Part shown: piece by piece, positions 12,004 through 25,197 of the stretch
Layout: each line of letters begins with the position of its first letter
How positions within the stretch are numbered: position 1 is the stretch's first letter
Origin: Haliotis rufescens
Taxonomy: Eukaryota
Length of the DNA stretch: 64,000 bases
Direction of reading: 5' to 3'
Assembly: GCF_023055435.1 (NCBI RefSeq)
Contig: NW_025964001.1
Coordinates: forward strand, 60,822,001-60,886,000
Position numbers and translations under genes: made by a program
The notes under the pieces: model-generated
Seen by the model: only the letters and a program-made list of their open reading frames with translations
What the model was told of the DNA's origin: nothing
Database searches by the model: none

Positions 12004-14110
12004 CCATAAGCCTAGCATTCAAGAATCTCTGATCAGCCCTGACATGGTGTCGGCCATAAGCCTAGCATTCAAGAATCTCTGATCAGCCCTGACATGGTGT
12101 AGGCCATAAGCCTAGCATTCAAGAATCTCTGATCAGCCCTGACATGGTGTCGGCCATAAGCCTAGCATTCAAGAATCTCTGATCAGCCCTGACATGGTGT
12201 CGGCCATAAGCCTAGCATTCAAGAATCTCTGATCAGCCCTGACATGGTGTCGGCCATAAGCCTAGCATTCAAGAATCTCTGATCAGCCCTGACATGGTGT
12301 CGGCCATAAGCCTAGCATTCAAGAATCTCTGATCAGCCCTGACATGGTGTCGGCCATAAGCCTAGCATTCAAGAATCTCTGATCAGCCCTGACATGGTGT
12401 CGGCCATAAGTCTAGCATTCAAGAATCTCTGATCAGCCCTGACATGGTGTCGGCCATAAGCCTAGCATTCAAGAATCTCTGATCAGCCCTGACATGGTGT
12501 CGGCCATAAGCCTAGCATTCAAGAATCTCTGATCAGCCCTGACATGGTGTCGGCCATAAGTCTAGCATTCAAGAATCTCTGATCAGCCCTGACATGGTGT
12601 CGGCCATAAGCCTAGCATTCAAGAATCTCTGATCAGCCCTGACATGGTGTCGGCCATAAGCCTAGCATTCAAGAATCTCTGATCAGCCCTGACATGGTGT
12701 CGGCCATAAGTCTAGCATTCAAGAATCTCTGATCAGCCCTGACATGGTGTCGGCCATAAGTCTAGCATTCAAGAATCTCTGATCAGCCCTGACATGGTGT
12801 CGGCCATAAGCCTAGCATTCAAGAATCTCTGATCAGCCCTGACATGGTGTCGGCCATAAGTCTAGCATTCAAGAATCTCTGATCAGCCCTGACATGGTGT
12901 CGGCCATAAGCCTAGCATTCAAGAATCTCTGATCAGCCCTGACATGGTGTCGGCCATAAGCCTAGCATTCAAGAATCTCTGATCAGCCCTGACATGGTGT
13001 CGGCCATAAGTCTAGCATTCAAGAATCTCTGATCAGCCCTGACATGGTGTCGGCCATAAGCCTAGCATTCAAGAATCTCTGATCAGCCCTGACATGGTGT
13101 CGGCCATAAGCCTAGCATTCAAGAATCTCTGATCAGCCCTGACATGGTGTCGGCCATAAGCCTAGCATTCAAGAATCTCTGATCAGCCCTGACATGGTGT
13201 CGGCCATAAGTCTAGCATTCAAGAATCTCTGATCAGCCCTGACATGGTGTCGGCCATAAGCCTAGCATTCAAGAATCTCTGATCAGCCCTGACATGGTGT
13301 CGGCCATAAGTCTAGCATTCAAGAATCTCTGATCAGCCCTGACATGGTGTCGGCCATAAGCCTAGCATTCAAGAATCTCTGATCAGCCCTGACATGGTGT
13401 CGGCCATAAGCCTAGCATTCAAGAATCTCTGATCAGCCCTGACATGGTGTCGGCCATAAGCCTAGCATTCAAGAATCTCTGATCAGCCCTGACATGGTGT
13501 CGGCCATAAGTCTAGCATTCAAGAATCTCTGATCAGCCCTGACATGGTGTCGGCCATAAGTCTAGCATTCAAGAATCTCTGATCAGCCCTGACATGGTGT
13601 CGGCCATAAGTCTAGCATTCAAGAATCTCTGATCAGCCCTAACATGGTGTCGGCCATAAGTCTAGCATTCAAGAATCTCTGATCAGCCCTGACATGGTGT
13701 CGGCCATAAGTCTAGCATTCAAGAATCTCTGATCAGCCCTGACATGGTGTCGGCCATAAGTCTAGCATTCAAGAATCTCTGATCAGCCCTAACATGGTGT
13801 CGGCCATAAGTCTAGCATTCAAGAATCTCTGATCAGCCCTGACATGGTGTCGGCCATAAGTCTAGCATTCAAGAATCTCTGATCAGCCCTGACATGGTGT
13901 CGGCCATAAGTCTAGCATTCAAGAATCTCTGATCAGCCCTAACATGGTGTCGGCCATAAGTCTAGCATTCAAGAATCTCTGATCAGCCCTGACATGGTGT
14001 CGGCCATAAGCCTAGCATTCAAGAATCTCTGATCAGCCCTGACATGGTGTCGGCCATAAGCCTAGCATTCAAGAATCTCTGATCAGCCCTGACATGGTGT
14101 CGGCCATAAG
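12004..14110. repeat. 50-bp tandem array, about 42 near-identical copies
   Basis: Unit ccataagcctagcattcaagaatctctgatcagccctgacatggtgtcgg. Confidence 0.99.
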
Positions 14111-14556
14111 AAGGTGACGTCACATCCGTGACACATAGAACTGTACCCGTTGGAGTTTTAGAACGGTTGTTAGGAACTCATACTCAGGAGCGGCTGTGCT
14201 GGTCTGAATGAAACATGACATTTATCTTACCTCACACATGGATGTCAGGTTCTGATTGGCCGAAAAACATTCTACTATTTTCCATGTAACCCGCTAAGAT
14301 GTAAGGGCATTTCTTATGCTTGTCATTACATTTGGAAAATACCAACTGCAATATTTTATCTCAAATTAATGATATAAGACGTCAGATATTAATGATATTT
14401 TCTAAATGAAATAGATCTAGGGTGAATAACTTTGTTTGTTCTCTGCCATCTGCTACAAATGCCGAACTGGCATTCTTCGTAGTTACCAAGTGGGATCAAA
14501 GCATGCATGCATAAGAGATACCCATAAAACAACTAGGTGTGTGGCAGGATAACTTC

Positions 14557-17500
14557 GTTGTCCACCGGTCGCTCGGGGGACATGGGTTGATGTCCCCTCT
14601 ATGTTAGTTTGTGTTCCCCTTCATGTTCGGGGAACATTAACGAACAGAGGGCTCAGGGAACATTAACGAACAGAGGGCACTGGGGACATTAACGAACAGA
14701 GGGCACTGGGGACATTAACGAACAGAGGGCACTGGGGACATTAACGAACAGAGGGTTTTGGGCACATTAACAAACAGAGGGTTTGGGGACATTAACAAAC
14801 AGAGGGCTCAGGGAACATTAACGAACAGAGGGCACTGGGGACATTAACGAACAGAGGGCACTGGGGACATTAACGAACAGAGGGCACTGGGGACATTAAC
14901 AAACAGAGGGTTTTGGGCACATTAACAAACAGAGGGTTTGGGGACATTAACAAACAGAGGGCTCAGGGAACATTAACGAACAGAGGGCAGTGGGAACATT
15001 AACGAACAGAGGGCTCAGGGAACATTAATGAACAGAGGGCTCGGGGAACATTAACAAACAGAGGGCTTGGGGAACATTAACGAACAGAGTGCACAGGGAA
15101 CATTAATGAACAGAGGGCTCAGGGAACATTAACAAACAGAGGGCTTAGGGAACATTAACGAACAGAGTGCTCAGGGAACATTAATGAACAGAGGGCTCGG
15201 GGCACATTAACAAACAGAGGGCTTGGGGAACATTAACGAACAGAGTGCACAGGGAACATTAATGAACAGAGGGCTCGGGGAACATTAACAAACAGAGGGC
15301 TTAGGGAACATTAACGAACAGAGTGCACAGGGAACATTAATGAACAGAGGGCTCGGGGCACATTAACAAACAGAGGGCTTGGGGAACATTAACGAACAGA
15401 GTGCACAGGGAACATTAATGAACAGAGGGCTCGGGGCACATTAACAAACAGAGGGCTTGGGGAACATTAACGAACAGAGTGCACAGGGAACATTAATGAA
15501 CAGAGGGCTCGGGGCACATTAACAAACAGAGGGCTTAGGGAACATTAACGAACAGAGTGCACAGGGAACATTAACGAACAGAGGGCTCGGGGCACATTAA
15601 CAAACAGAGGGCTTGGGGAACATTAACGAACAGAGGGCACTGGGGACATTAACGAACAGAGGGCACTGGGGACATTAACGAACAGAGGGTTTTGGGCACA
15701 TTAACAAACAGAGGGTTTGGGGACATTAACAAACAGAGGACTCAGGGAACATTAACGAACAGAGGGCACTGGGGACATTAACGAACAGAGGGCACTGGGG
15801 ACATTAACGAACAGAGGGCACTGGGGACATTAACAAACAGAGGGTTTTGGGCACATTAACAAACAGAGGGTTTGGGGACATTAACAAACAGAGGGCTCAG
15901 GGAACATTAACGAACAGAGGGCAGTGGGAACATTAACGAACAGAGGGCTCAGGGAACATTAATGAACAGAGGGCTCGGGGAACATTAACAAACAGAGGGC
16001 TTGGGGAACATTAACGAACAGAGTGCACAGGGAACATTAATGAACAGAGGGCTCAGGGAACATTAACAAACAGAGGGCTTAGGGAACATTAACGAACAGA
16101 GTGCTCAGGGAACATTAATGAACAGAGGGCTCGGGGCACATTAACAAACAGAGGGCTTAGGGAACATTAACGAACAGAGTGCACAGGGAACATTAATGAA
16201 CAGAGGGCTCGGGGCACATTAACAAACAGAGGGCTTAGGGAACATTAACGAACAGAGTGCACAGGGAACATTAATGAACAGAGGGCTCGGGGCACATTAA
16301 CAAACAGAGGGCTTGGGGAACATTAACGAACAGAGTGCACAGGGAACATTAATGAACAGAGGGCTCGGGGCACATTAACAAACAGAGGGCTTGGGGAACA
16401 TTAACGAACAGAGTGCACAGGGAACATTAATGAACAGAGGGCTCGGGGCACATTAACAAACAGAGGGCTTAGGGAACATTAACGAACAGAGTGCACAGGG
16501 AACATTAACGAACAGAGGGCTCGGGGCACATTAACAAACAGAGGGCTTGGGGAACATTAACGAACAGAGTGCACTGGGAACATTAACGAACAGAGGGCAC
16601 TGGGGACATTAACGAACAGAGGGTTTTGGGCATATTAACAAACAGAGGGTTTGGGGACATTAACAAACAGAGGGCTCAGGGAACATTAACGAACAGAGTG
16701 CACTGGGAACATTAACGAACAGAGGGCTCAGGGAACATTAATGAACAGAGGGCTCGGGGCACATTAACCAAAAGAAGGGTCAGGGAACATTAACCAACAG
16801 AGGGATCAGGGAACATTAACGAACAGAGGGCTTGGGGAACATAAACGAACAGAGGGGTCAGGGAACATTAACGAACAGAGGGCTCGGGGAACATTAACGA
16901 ACAGAGGGCACTGGGAACATTAACGAACAGAGGGACTTGGGCACATTAACGAACAGAGGGACTTGGGCACATAAACGAACTGAAGGCTCGGGCACATTGA
17001 CGAACAGAGGGACTCGGGCACATAAACAAACAGAGGGCTCAGGGCACATTAATGAACAGAAGGCTCAGGCACATAAAGGAACAGAGGGCTCGAAGAACAT
17101 TAACGAACAGAAGGCTCGGGCACATTATCGAACAGAAGGCTCAGGCACATGATCGAACAGAAGGCTCGAAGAACATTAATGAACAGAGGGCTCAAAGAAC
17201 ATTAACGAACTGAAGCCTCGGGCACATTATCGAACAGAAAGTTCGGGGACATTATCGAACACAAGGCTCGGGCACATTATCGAACAGAAGGCTCGGGCAC
17301 ATTATCGAACAGAAAGCTTGGGGACATTGACGAACAGAAGGCTCTGGGACATTATCAAACAGAAGGCCCGGGCACATTTTCGATCAGAAGGCTCGGGCAC
17401 ATTATCGAACAGAAAGTTCGGGGACATGATCAAACAGAAGGCTCGGGCACATTAACGAACAGAAGGCTCGGGCACATTATCGAACAGAAGGCCCAGAGAA

Positions 17501-17607
17501 CATTGACGAACAGAGGGCTCGGGGAACATTAACAGAGGGCTCGGGGAACATAATCTAACATACAGGGTTCATCAACCCATTTCCCCCCCGAGGGACAGGT
17601 GGACAAC
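14557..17607. mobile_element. Inverted-repeat element carrying an internal 26-bp satellite (about 14628-17550)
   Basis: Left gttgtccaccggtcgctcgggggacatgggttgatgtcccctctatgttag is the imperfect reverse complement of right ctaacatacagggttcatcaacccatttcccccccgagggacaggtggacaac; inner unit gggaacattaacgaacagagggctca. Confidence 0.8.
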
Positions 17608-20600
17608 TGATATTGACATTGTCTTCCAGCTGGTTCAAGGTGACAGTAAGTAGTGGAGGAGGTGAACAGGATGTTGGAGGGAGATGCTAAGACTCTATAT
17701 AGTACACATCTATAGTATGTGTTGCTGTAGTGTTAGATACATACTAAACCTCCCTTGCCCTGAAACATCATAGGCTGGGTGTTAAACATCAATCAATAGC
17801 AAGAAATAGCAAGTAAAGAAATCATTAACTGGTTGGAAAATGTCATCATGCCAGACTTCGAGTCGAGTTGAAGCAATTACTTTCGTACTGATCGTACTGG
17901 AACTTGATGAGTTTTCCACTCAAAGTCAAAGAAAAGTTATTGCACGTCAGCCTCTGGCCCATGTTCAAGTGTACAATCGGGTGACAATTGAGATTAATGG
18001 CAGTATGTACAAAAAGGCCATTTCTTTTTTTTCCTGGATCACCGATTTTTGTTGTCAAAGTAAGAACACTTTTTTTTTAAACTGGACCACAGAATGAGGG
18101 GGAAAAATAAGGATAAGAATATATGAATTCGCCATCTTTAACACCATTGTCTGCTTGAAGCCTCGCATTTTGTCATTTGTTGTCGGAAGTCAAAGGGAGT
18201 TAATTTCGACAAATTCTTATCAAAGACACAGGACATACATCTAGATTTTATTATGCAAGAAATGTTACTACGACTCGTCGAATGGAATGAGTGAGTGAGT
18301 TGCGTTTAACGCCCCATTTAACATTATTCCAGTTATATCACAGCGTGTCAGCTTAATGTGGGAGGAAAGCCCGAAGTGATGCAGGTCTCTGACTTTTAAC
18401 ACTTTGATGAAACCCACGAGCACAGGTATGGTGCTGACAAACCTAGAAACATAAACGGGATGAACCGGGATTCGAACCCACAATCATAGGTTTCTGGCGT
18501 GCCCAAGGGACGCAACTCTGCACAGTGAATTGTGGCGCAGTAGACGATTGGGCCACCCGTGCCCCTTGTCAACCGGACAATATAGCAAATATTAATGTCA
18601 AATTGAGCTTCCTAAGTTTCATAGAAGACCTTTTCAAAACACTGAGAAATTTGAAAATAATTTAATGTGTATGATGTGTCAGCAGGGGGGAAATAAGGGT
18701 AATTGTGGTGAAATAAAATCTTTTCCAATTATGAGTGAGTGAGTATGGTTTTACGCCGCTTTTAGCAATATTCCAGCAATATCACGGCGGGGGACACCAC
18801 AAATGGGCTTCACACATTGTACCCATGTCGGGATTCGAACCCGGGTCTTCGGCGTGATCCAATTTAGAAGAATCCAGGGTCGATGAATCCCTGATCCAAC
18901 ACATTAAAAGATCATGACTACTTTGACAACTGACAGTGTCTAATATGCATATTATATGAATACCTATGTAACCCGGTGATAAAAATCAGTATATACTGTT
19001 GGTAAGAATATTTACCATTTGTACATATAAACATGATTACAAAATTGCTCTGGAAGATATCATTTCTTTATATTCTTGTGTGCAGGACCAAGAAACACAA
19101 AATGATATTCATCTTCTATTCCATATTTACAAATTGGCATCTTGAGGGAATATCAATGTCCAACAGTGACAGCGGCCATGCCTGCACATCAATGGCTCAC
19201 CAGCAGCTACCCACTCTAGCTTGAGTTTGTTTGTTTCTTGTTTTATGACGCTCTCAGCAATATTCCAGCTAAATGACGGCGGTCTGTAAATAATCGAGTC
19301 TGGACCAGACAATCCAGTGATTGACATGAGCATCGATCCACGAAATTGGGATACGTTGACATGCATCATCCAAGTCTGTGAGTCTGACCACCCGATCCCG
19401 TTAGTCGCCTCTTACGACAAGCATAGTGGCCTTTTACGGCAAGAATGGGTTGCTGAAGTCCTATTCTACCCCGGATCTTCACGGGTGCGTGTTCTAGTAG
19501 GTCTACTTCTGATATCAACAAAAAGATGAAGTCAGCAATAGCCCAGACTAACATGTGCATCTATTCTGTTAAATGAAAAAGAAATACAGAAAAAACGGTT
19601 GCTGAATTATATTAATAAAACATAAAAGTAGCCAAGAGACTCTGAAACTGCTGTGAAAATAGTCCATGCTTGCTGACTGCTATTTTCTGATTGGCTGATA
19701 ACAGAATGGGGCCTGCAATACATTATTGTGCTGAAGAATGTCTCTGACTTTGTATTGTTGACTGCAGTTTTTTTGTGTTAATCATCAGATAAGCAGTCTA
19801 TGAAGTCATTATTGTTGACATATTTATCTATAACAATTGACCTCAGTATGGTTTTCGTTTATAATAATAATGTGAGTATTCACATCGCGCTAGATTTCTT
19901 GCACAAGGTGCATTGCCCAAAGCGCTAACATTGTTACCCTGGTCAATGGATCAGTGTTCATTTTCGTTCTCAGCTCCCTGGGGAGTATATGGCATCATAA
20001 ACGTAAAGAAAATGGTGCACACACATGTGTATCTTTTGAACTTAAACACACATTGTGCATACCGGATTTTATGTTTATACCTCCAAAATGCAAAAATTAT
20101 CAAAGTAATATCTTAAATGAATTTCAAGGAGATATATTGAATATTTCTGAGTTAAAGTCTGAATGAACAGGATGAAGACAACCAAAGCTCCTCTGTGTAA
20201 GCTCTGTCAACTTTACTGTTGCTTGGATGATGATAGCTCATTATGGTTATCGATGGCACCACTTTAGCCATTGTCAGTCTGGTAAAGTTTCAAGAAGATG
20301 TAATGCCAGTCTGATAATTCTGTTCAGGAACAAAATGAGATGGTGTTGTTATCTTGGAACCCATCACCAGTATAGTTGTGGCACCATTCCACAAAGCAAT
20401 GTTAGCCTTAAGACAATCATATCTCCAATATTTTAACATACATTTATGACTAACGTTGTACTAAGGTCACTTTGTGGAATGCTGCAAATATATGGTTTGT
20501 TTGTTTGTTTGTTGTTCAATGCCGCACTCAGCAATATTCCAGCTATATCATCATAATAATTGAGCTGGTCCAGGCAATCCAGTGACCGACATCATGAGCA

Positions 20601-20724
20601 TCGATCTACGTAATTGGGATACGATGCCATGCATCAACCAAGTCAGCGGGCCTGACCACTTGCCTCTTACAACTATCCTGGATCTTCACGGGGTGCAAGT
20701 ATATGGTATGTTAGTGGAACTCAC

Positions 20725-20882
20725 ACTGAGGTTGCTCCTCGGCTCCAGCACCATCCAGTGAGTCGTCTCCTCATCCAGGTTCAAAGATGCAAAGCCCACG
20801 ATGCTCTCTCCGATCATACGCTCTCGTCGCATACGCTCCAGTCCATAGAGTCGCACTCGGATCCCCATACCATGGACATCAT
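20725..20882 (-). CDS. SYT14: SYT14-like C2A exon 2 (DDVHGMGIRVRLYGLERMRRERMIGE...VLEPRSNLS)
   Basis: Acceptor atcacag, donor gtgagt, 158 nt, phase 1-0; matches SYT14 VRFRLYGVHRMKKEKIVGE. Confidence 0.93.
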
Positions 20883-20895
20883 CTGTGATAATGGC

Positions 20896-21701
20896 CAGGC
20901 CTCAAAGTTTAATTTTTTACCAAGTAGACATATGGCTACAAGTAGTGAGTGAGTTGGGTTTAATGCCGCTTTTAACAGTATTCCAGTTATATCGCAGCGT
21001 GTCAGCCTAATGTGGGAGGAAAGCCCGAAGTGATGCAGGTCTTAGACGTTTACCACTTCGGTGAAACCCACGAGCATGGGTTTGGTGCTGACAAACCTAG
21101 AAACATAATCTGGGCGAACCGGGATTCGAACCCACAATCATAGGTTTTTGGCGTGCCCAAGGAACGCAACTCTGCATCTGCCCCTTAGATGACTGGGCCA
21201 CCCGTGCCCCCTGGCTACAAGTAGTTTTTTCCCAGGTAGCCAGTGGTAAAATCAAGAAGTCAAGCCAATATTGTAGGTAGCCAAAAGCATTTGAAATGAT
21301 CTTTTATCCAATAACTATTACAAGTACAAGTCATAGCACTACTCTTGAAATTGTATATTAGTGGAAACTGTACTTGAGTTTTGTTATTTGTGACTCGAAC
21401 AATGATGCAATTTTACTAGATTACATAGGTATATCCTTGCTTATCCAATCAACTAAAATAAAATACTAATTGCATTAATATTTATGTATTTCGGTTCATT
21501 GTTGACTTAAGGAGGAATTATTCGTGAGCACAATTAGTAGCAGACATAATTATTTTTGTGTCTACATATGCGTAGCAATAGAAGTTAGTCGCCACAAGAT
21601 ATTTTTCAAGGTAGTCATTTGGCTACCTCTGAATTTAAGACAGTAGACATATTGAAATTTAGGTCACATTGGCGACCATTTAATCGTAACTTTGAGGCCT
21701 G
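20896..21701. mobile_element. MITE with a 14-bp TIR, interrupted by a family B SINE
   Basis: caggcctcaaagtt ... aactttgaggcctg; no clear TSD. Confidence 0.75.
20946..21211 (-). mobile_element. SINE family B (tRNA-derived, about 275 bp); other copies near 25-280, 1257-1530, 18289-18565, 24225-24503 and 43288-43470
   Basis: Head GGGGCACGGGTGGCCCAGTC...GTGGGTTCGAATCCC, (ACTC)n tail, 14-bp TSD tggctacaagtagt. Confidence 0.92.
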
Positions 21702-21720
21702 AGGACACATGCATTATCTC

Positions 21721-22399
21721 TAGGGCTGGCTAAAAAGATCGATAATCAGAATTATCACTGATGGGAAGAAATATTTACGATTATCAATATGAAAATTGTG
21801 TCATCGATAATACCTTACACGAATTATTGTGATGAAATAAAGATTAGATTTACCAAAACAGACTTGTTATTGTCAATCATGTCACCTGCCAAAGATGGAA
21901 AGCAACTGTTTCTGTTATATCTTAAATGTCTAGAAGGTAATCCATGCATAAATGTGCCACCGCCCAGCAGTGGGGCGAAATATGTTTTCTTTTGGACTAC
22001 CGTATTCGCGCCCCTCCCCCAATAAGCGCCCCCCTCCACCCGGTTCCGAAAATTTATATAGTAATTATTTTGTTTTAAATGAAAATCGTCCGGGAACCGA
22101 GGTTTCCAGATATTTGAGGTCCGTATAAGCGTGGCAAGACTGTATTCTGTAAAAAGTGCGCACAAGTCTCAAGAAAATACGGTAAGGCTTACTGATGAAT
22201 TTACGCCAATTTGGTCCCAATAAGCGCCCCCCCCACCCCCCCCCCTTCTGTCTTTTTTTAAGCGTCCTGGGCGCTTAATGGGTAGAATACGGTATTTGGC
22301 GTATTTGCTCAAAGTTACTTATCCGATATCTAACGATTATTGATCGATATTTAGTTAACAAGTATCGATTTTTATGATCTGTATTGATAGGCAGCCCTA
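21721..22399. mobile_element. hAT-like MITE with a nested Tc1/mariner-type MITE (21998-22294)
   Basis: tagggctg...cagcccta with TSD attatctc/attttctc; inner taccgtattc...gaatacggta. Confidence 0.82.
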
Positions 22400-22482
22400 A
22401 TTTTCTCACTGCTGGTATTATTGGTATTATTGACATTGTCTAATGCTTCACTGTGACATCACTGTGAGAAAATTGTACTTAC

Positions 22483-22762
22483 CTGGAAAGATTTTGGAGA
22501 ATGCGAAGTTTTCATCAAAGGTGGGATTTTCTCCTGTTTTCACTTTGGTCTTGAATTTCTGTTTCTTGGTAGGCAGTAGCATCATGCGTACTTGGACATT
22601 GCTGGCGCCACCACGGTCCTTGGCCGGGATCTCCCGCGCCTGATGGATGGTCACGCTCATCTTGCCTCGCTTGGCTTCATACTTGAAGCTCACTTCTAAA
22701 CTTCCACATTTGGAGATCAGTGGTGGGTCCCCTTGCAGGTCACTGACATCAAACAGGTGTTC
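22483..22762 (-). CDS. SYT14: SYT14-like C2A exon 1 (EHLFDVSDLQGDPPLISKCGSLEVSFKYEAK...LLPTKKQKFKTK...NPTFDENFAFSKIFP)
   Basis: Acceptor cctcacag, donor gtaagt, 280 nt, phase 0-1; C2-domain motifs. Confidence 0.93.
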
Positions 22763-23369
22763 CTGTGAGGAGAAGACGGTTAGAATGCAGCTTACAGTTA
22801 AGTGAGGTGTCAGTTAACTGAGTTAGTGAGTACGGTTTTATGCCGCTTTTAGCAATAATCCCGCAAACCTGCAGTGACACCAGAAATGGGCTCCACACAT
22901 TGTACCTATGTGAGGGATTGAACCCAGGCCTAGGTGATGAGATGTAAGGTGATATGTTGCATCCAAGGATTATTGCACTTGATCTATGTAATGGAGATAC
23001 AAAGACATCAACCAAGTCAGCGAGCCTGACCACCCGATCCCGTTAGTCGCCTTTTACGACAAGCATAGTCGCCTTTTACGGCATGGATGGGTTGCTGAAG
23101 ACCTATTCTAACACTGATCTAAATTGGTCCACGGAAAGAATTTAAGAGCTCGGATCAAAACAAGGCCAAAGATTAACATAAAGCTCAAAAGGGACCATTT
23201 GTGTTGAATCCCACTACAGTACCTGAGTTACCCGTCCCAGCCCTAACCAGTAGCAATTCTGTTTCTTCAATGTCATGGCCGAGGGTTGACATTCTAACAG
23301 GAAAATGCCCCTCCTCACATGGCTAGTGTTGCTATGGCTATTCTTCAACAGCACAATGTTCAAGTACTG

Positions 23370-24065
23370 CCTTGGCCTGCAAACTCACCAGATCTCTAAC
23401 CTAAAGAGCATGGGTGGGATTAAAATGGAGCTACGTCTACGCCATGTACCAAATCCGCCAGATAACGTTCGTAATTTGGCAGCAGAGTTGCAGAGAATAT
23501 GGCAAGCCATTCCACAAGCCTTCCATGCCCATTTGATGGACTCCTGTGGGCACACCCGTTTTTGAGTTTGTGACATTGTTGCTTGACCCCTGCCCCGCGT
23601 TTGGACGCGTAATGTCAATGTCGTGGACATTAAACATGCTGGTCTGCCATCTTTTTATGATCTCTATATCCACCTAGTAAAGTTTACATGGAAATGATCA
23701 TTGTTATATTTTCAAATTTAGAAAGAATTTTAACAACGCACAGTTTCTTTTTGTGACTAGTATATACATGTCTTCCAGAAATGCTAGAAGATAACTTGAA
23801 AAAGACCTCAAGAGAAGAATTGGGACAAAGAAAATAATAATTAATCCTGTGAATCATTGGAAAAGGGTGCACTTTAGCAAGACGAAACTTCATTGGACTG
23901 TTGGAGGTCAGTTGCCCACAATTATTTTGGGTGATGAGGCACAGACAGTGATTGGAAGACACAAAACAAGTAGGATCAGATCAGTCATGTTCTGGGCTGT
24001 GTGACGCATCATGGTGGTGGAACACCTATTCCAGTGGATGGTAATATAAAACTGAGAAGTATTTT
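23370..24065 (+). pseudogene. Two decayed Tc1-type transposase fragments
   Basis: WPANSPDL..EH..W and ELRLRH.P.P.NVRNLAAELQRIWQAIPQ at about 23373-23545; VMFW....G..IPVDGNI..EKY at about 23984-24062; frameshifted. Confidence 0.7.
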
Positions 24066-25197
24066 GAGAGTAACCAATGAGCTACGGGGAATTACGGATT
24101 ATCTGTCCTGAGTGAATGAATGGTGTTAATCCGCCTTTGCCGAGGGACTTACAGCGTTCATTCAAAAGGGACAGATAATAAATACATAATTCTGAGTTTT
24201 GGGTAGGTGAGGTGAGGTGAGGTGAGTGAGTGAGTGAGTTTGGTTTAACGCCGCTTTTAACAGTATTCAGTTATATCGCTGCGTGTCAGCTTAATGTGGG
24301 AGGAAAGCCCGAAGTGATGCAGGTCTCAGACGTTTACCACTTCGGTGAAACCCAGAAGCACGGGTATGGTGCTGACAAACCTAGAAACATAATCGGGGAG
24401 AACCGGGATTCGAACCCACAATCATAGGTTTCTGGCGTGCCCAAGGGACGCAACTCTGCACAGCGAATCGCGGCGCCTTAGACGACTGGGCCACTCGTGC
24501 CCCTGAGGTGAAGTGCCCCTGAGGTGAGGTGAGGTGAGGTGAGGTGAGGTGAGGTGAGGTGAGGTGAGGTGAGGTGAAATAGGGCTTAACGTCGCGTCCA
24601 AGATTATTACACTTATATAGTGACGTGCATGTGTGCTAAAGTCTTTTGGTATGAAGCGGCCTGACATCGAACCCCGGACCTTCCGCAGACGCTCTACGAC
24701 TAGGCCATGGAGGCGGTCACAAGTAGGTTGGAGACAGTGAAGGAAAAACATAATATGTCACACCGACAGAGAAACTTCACAGCAGACAGCCTTTTGTTCA
24801 GATGACGTCATGTAATCAACATTGTGAACAATGAATGATGTCATATAATATTTTTGCAACAAGAAGCTTCAATTGACCAATCAGCATTGAGAATTGCTAA
24901 AATGCACATGTGCAAAGTTGACTTTTGGGGACATAACAATTTGGACGTACCCAGCGTTTCTTCTATCTACCTGCAGCATCATGCTATGGGAGCTGAGTTA
25001 TTGCCAGCCAGTGTACATGGCTTCTTTCAGGTCAAAATACTCACAACTCCTTAAAGGATGCAGAAGATGACATCGATCTCCTTCCCTAAGAACCAGTCCA
25101 AAAAAGATCTCACTACATCACACAAGTCTGTTTAATGTACATAATTCAAGAACCAAAGACATGGCAGACATATCTCACAGCAAAAACAATCCCTGGA

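Noticed and set aside
12004-14110. CRISPR-like array (this and the other tandem arrays)
   Set aside because: Units are head-to-tail with no unique spacers, there are no cas genes, and the context is a eukaryotic intron
25045-25085. 41-nt exon-like segment with ttcttag acceptor and gtgagt donor
   Set aside because: Length is not compatible with the phase 0-0 intron; it would frameshift SYT14 (a poison exon is not excluded)
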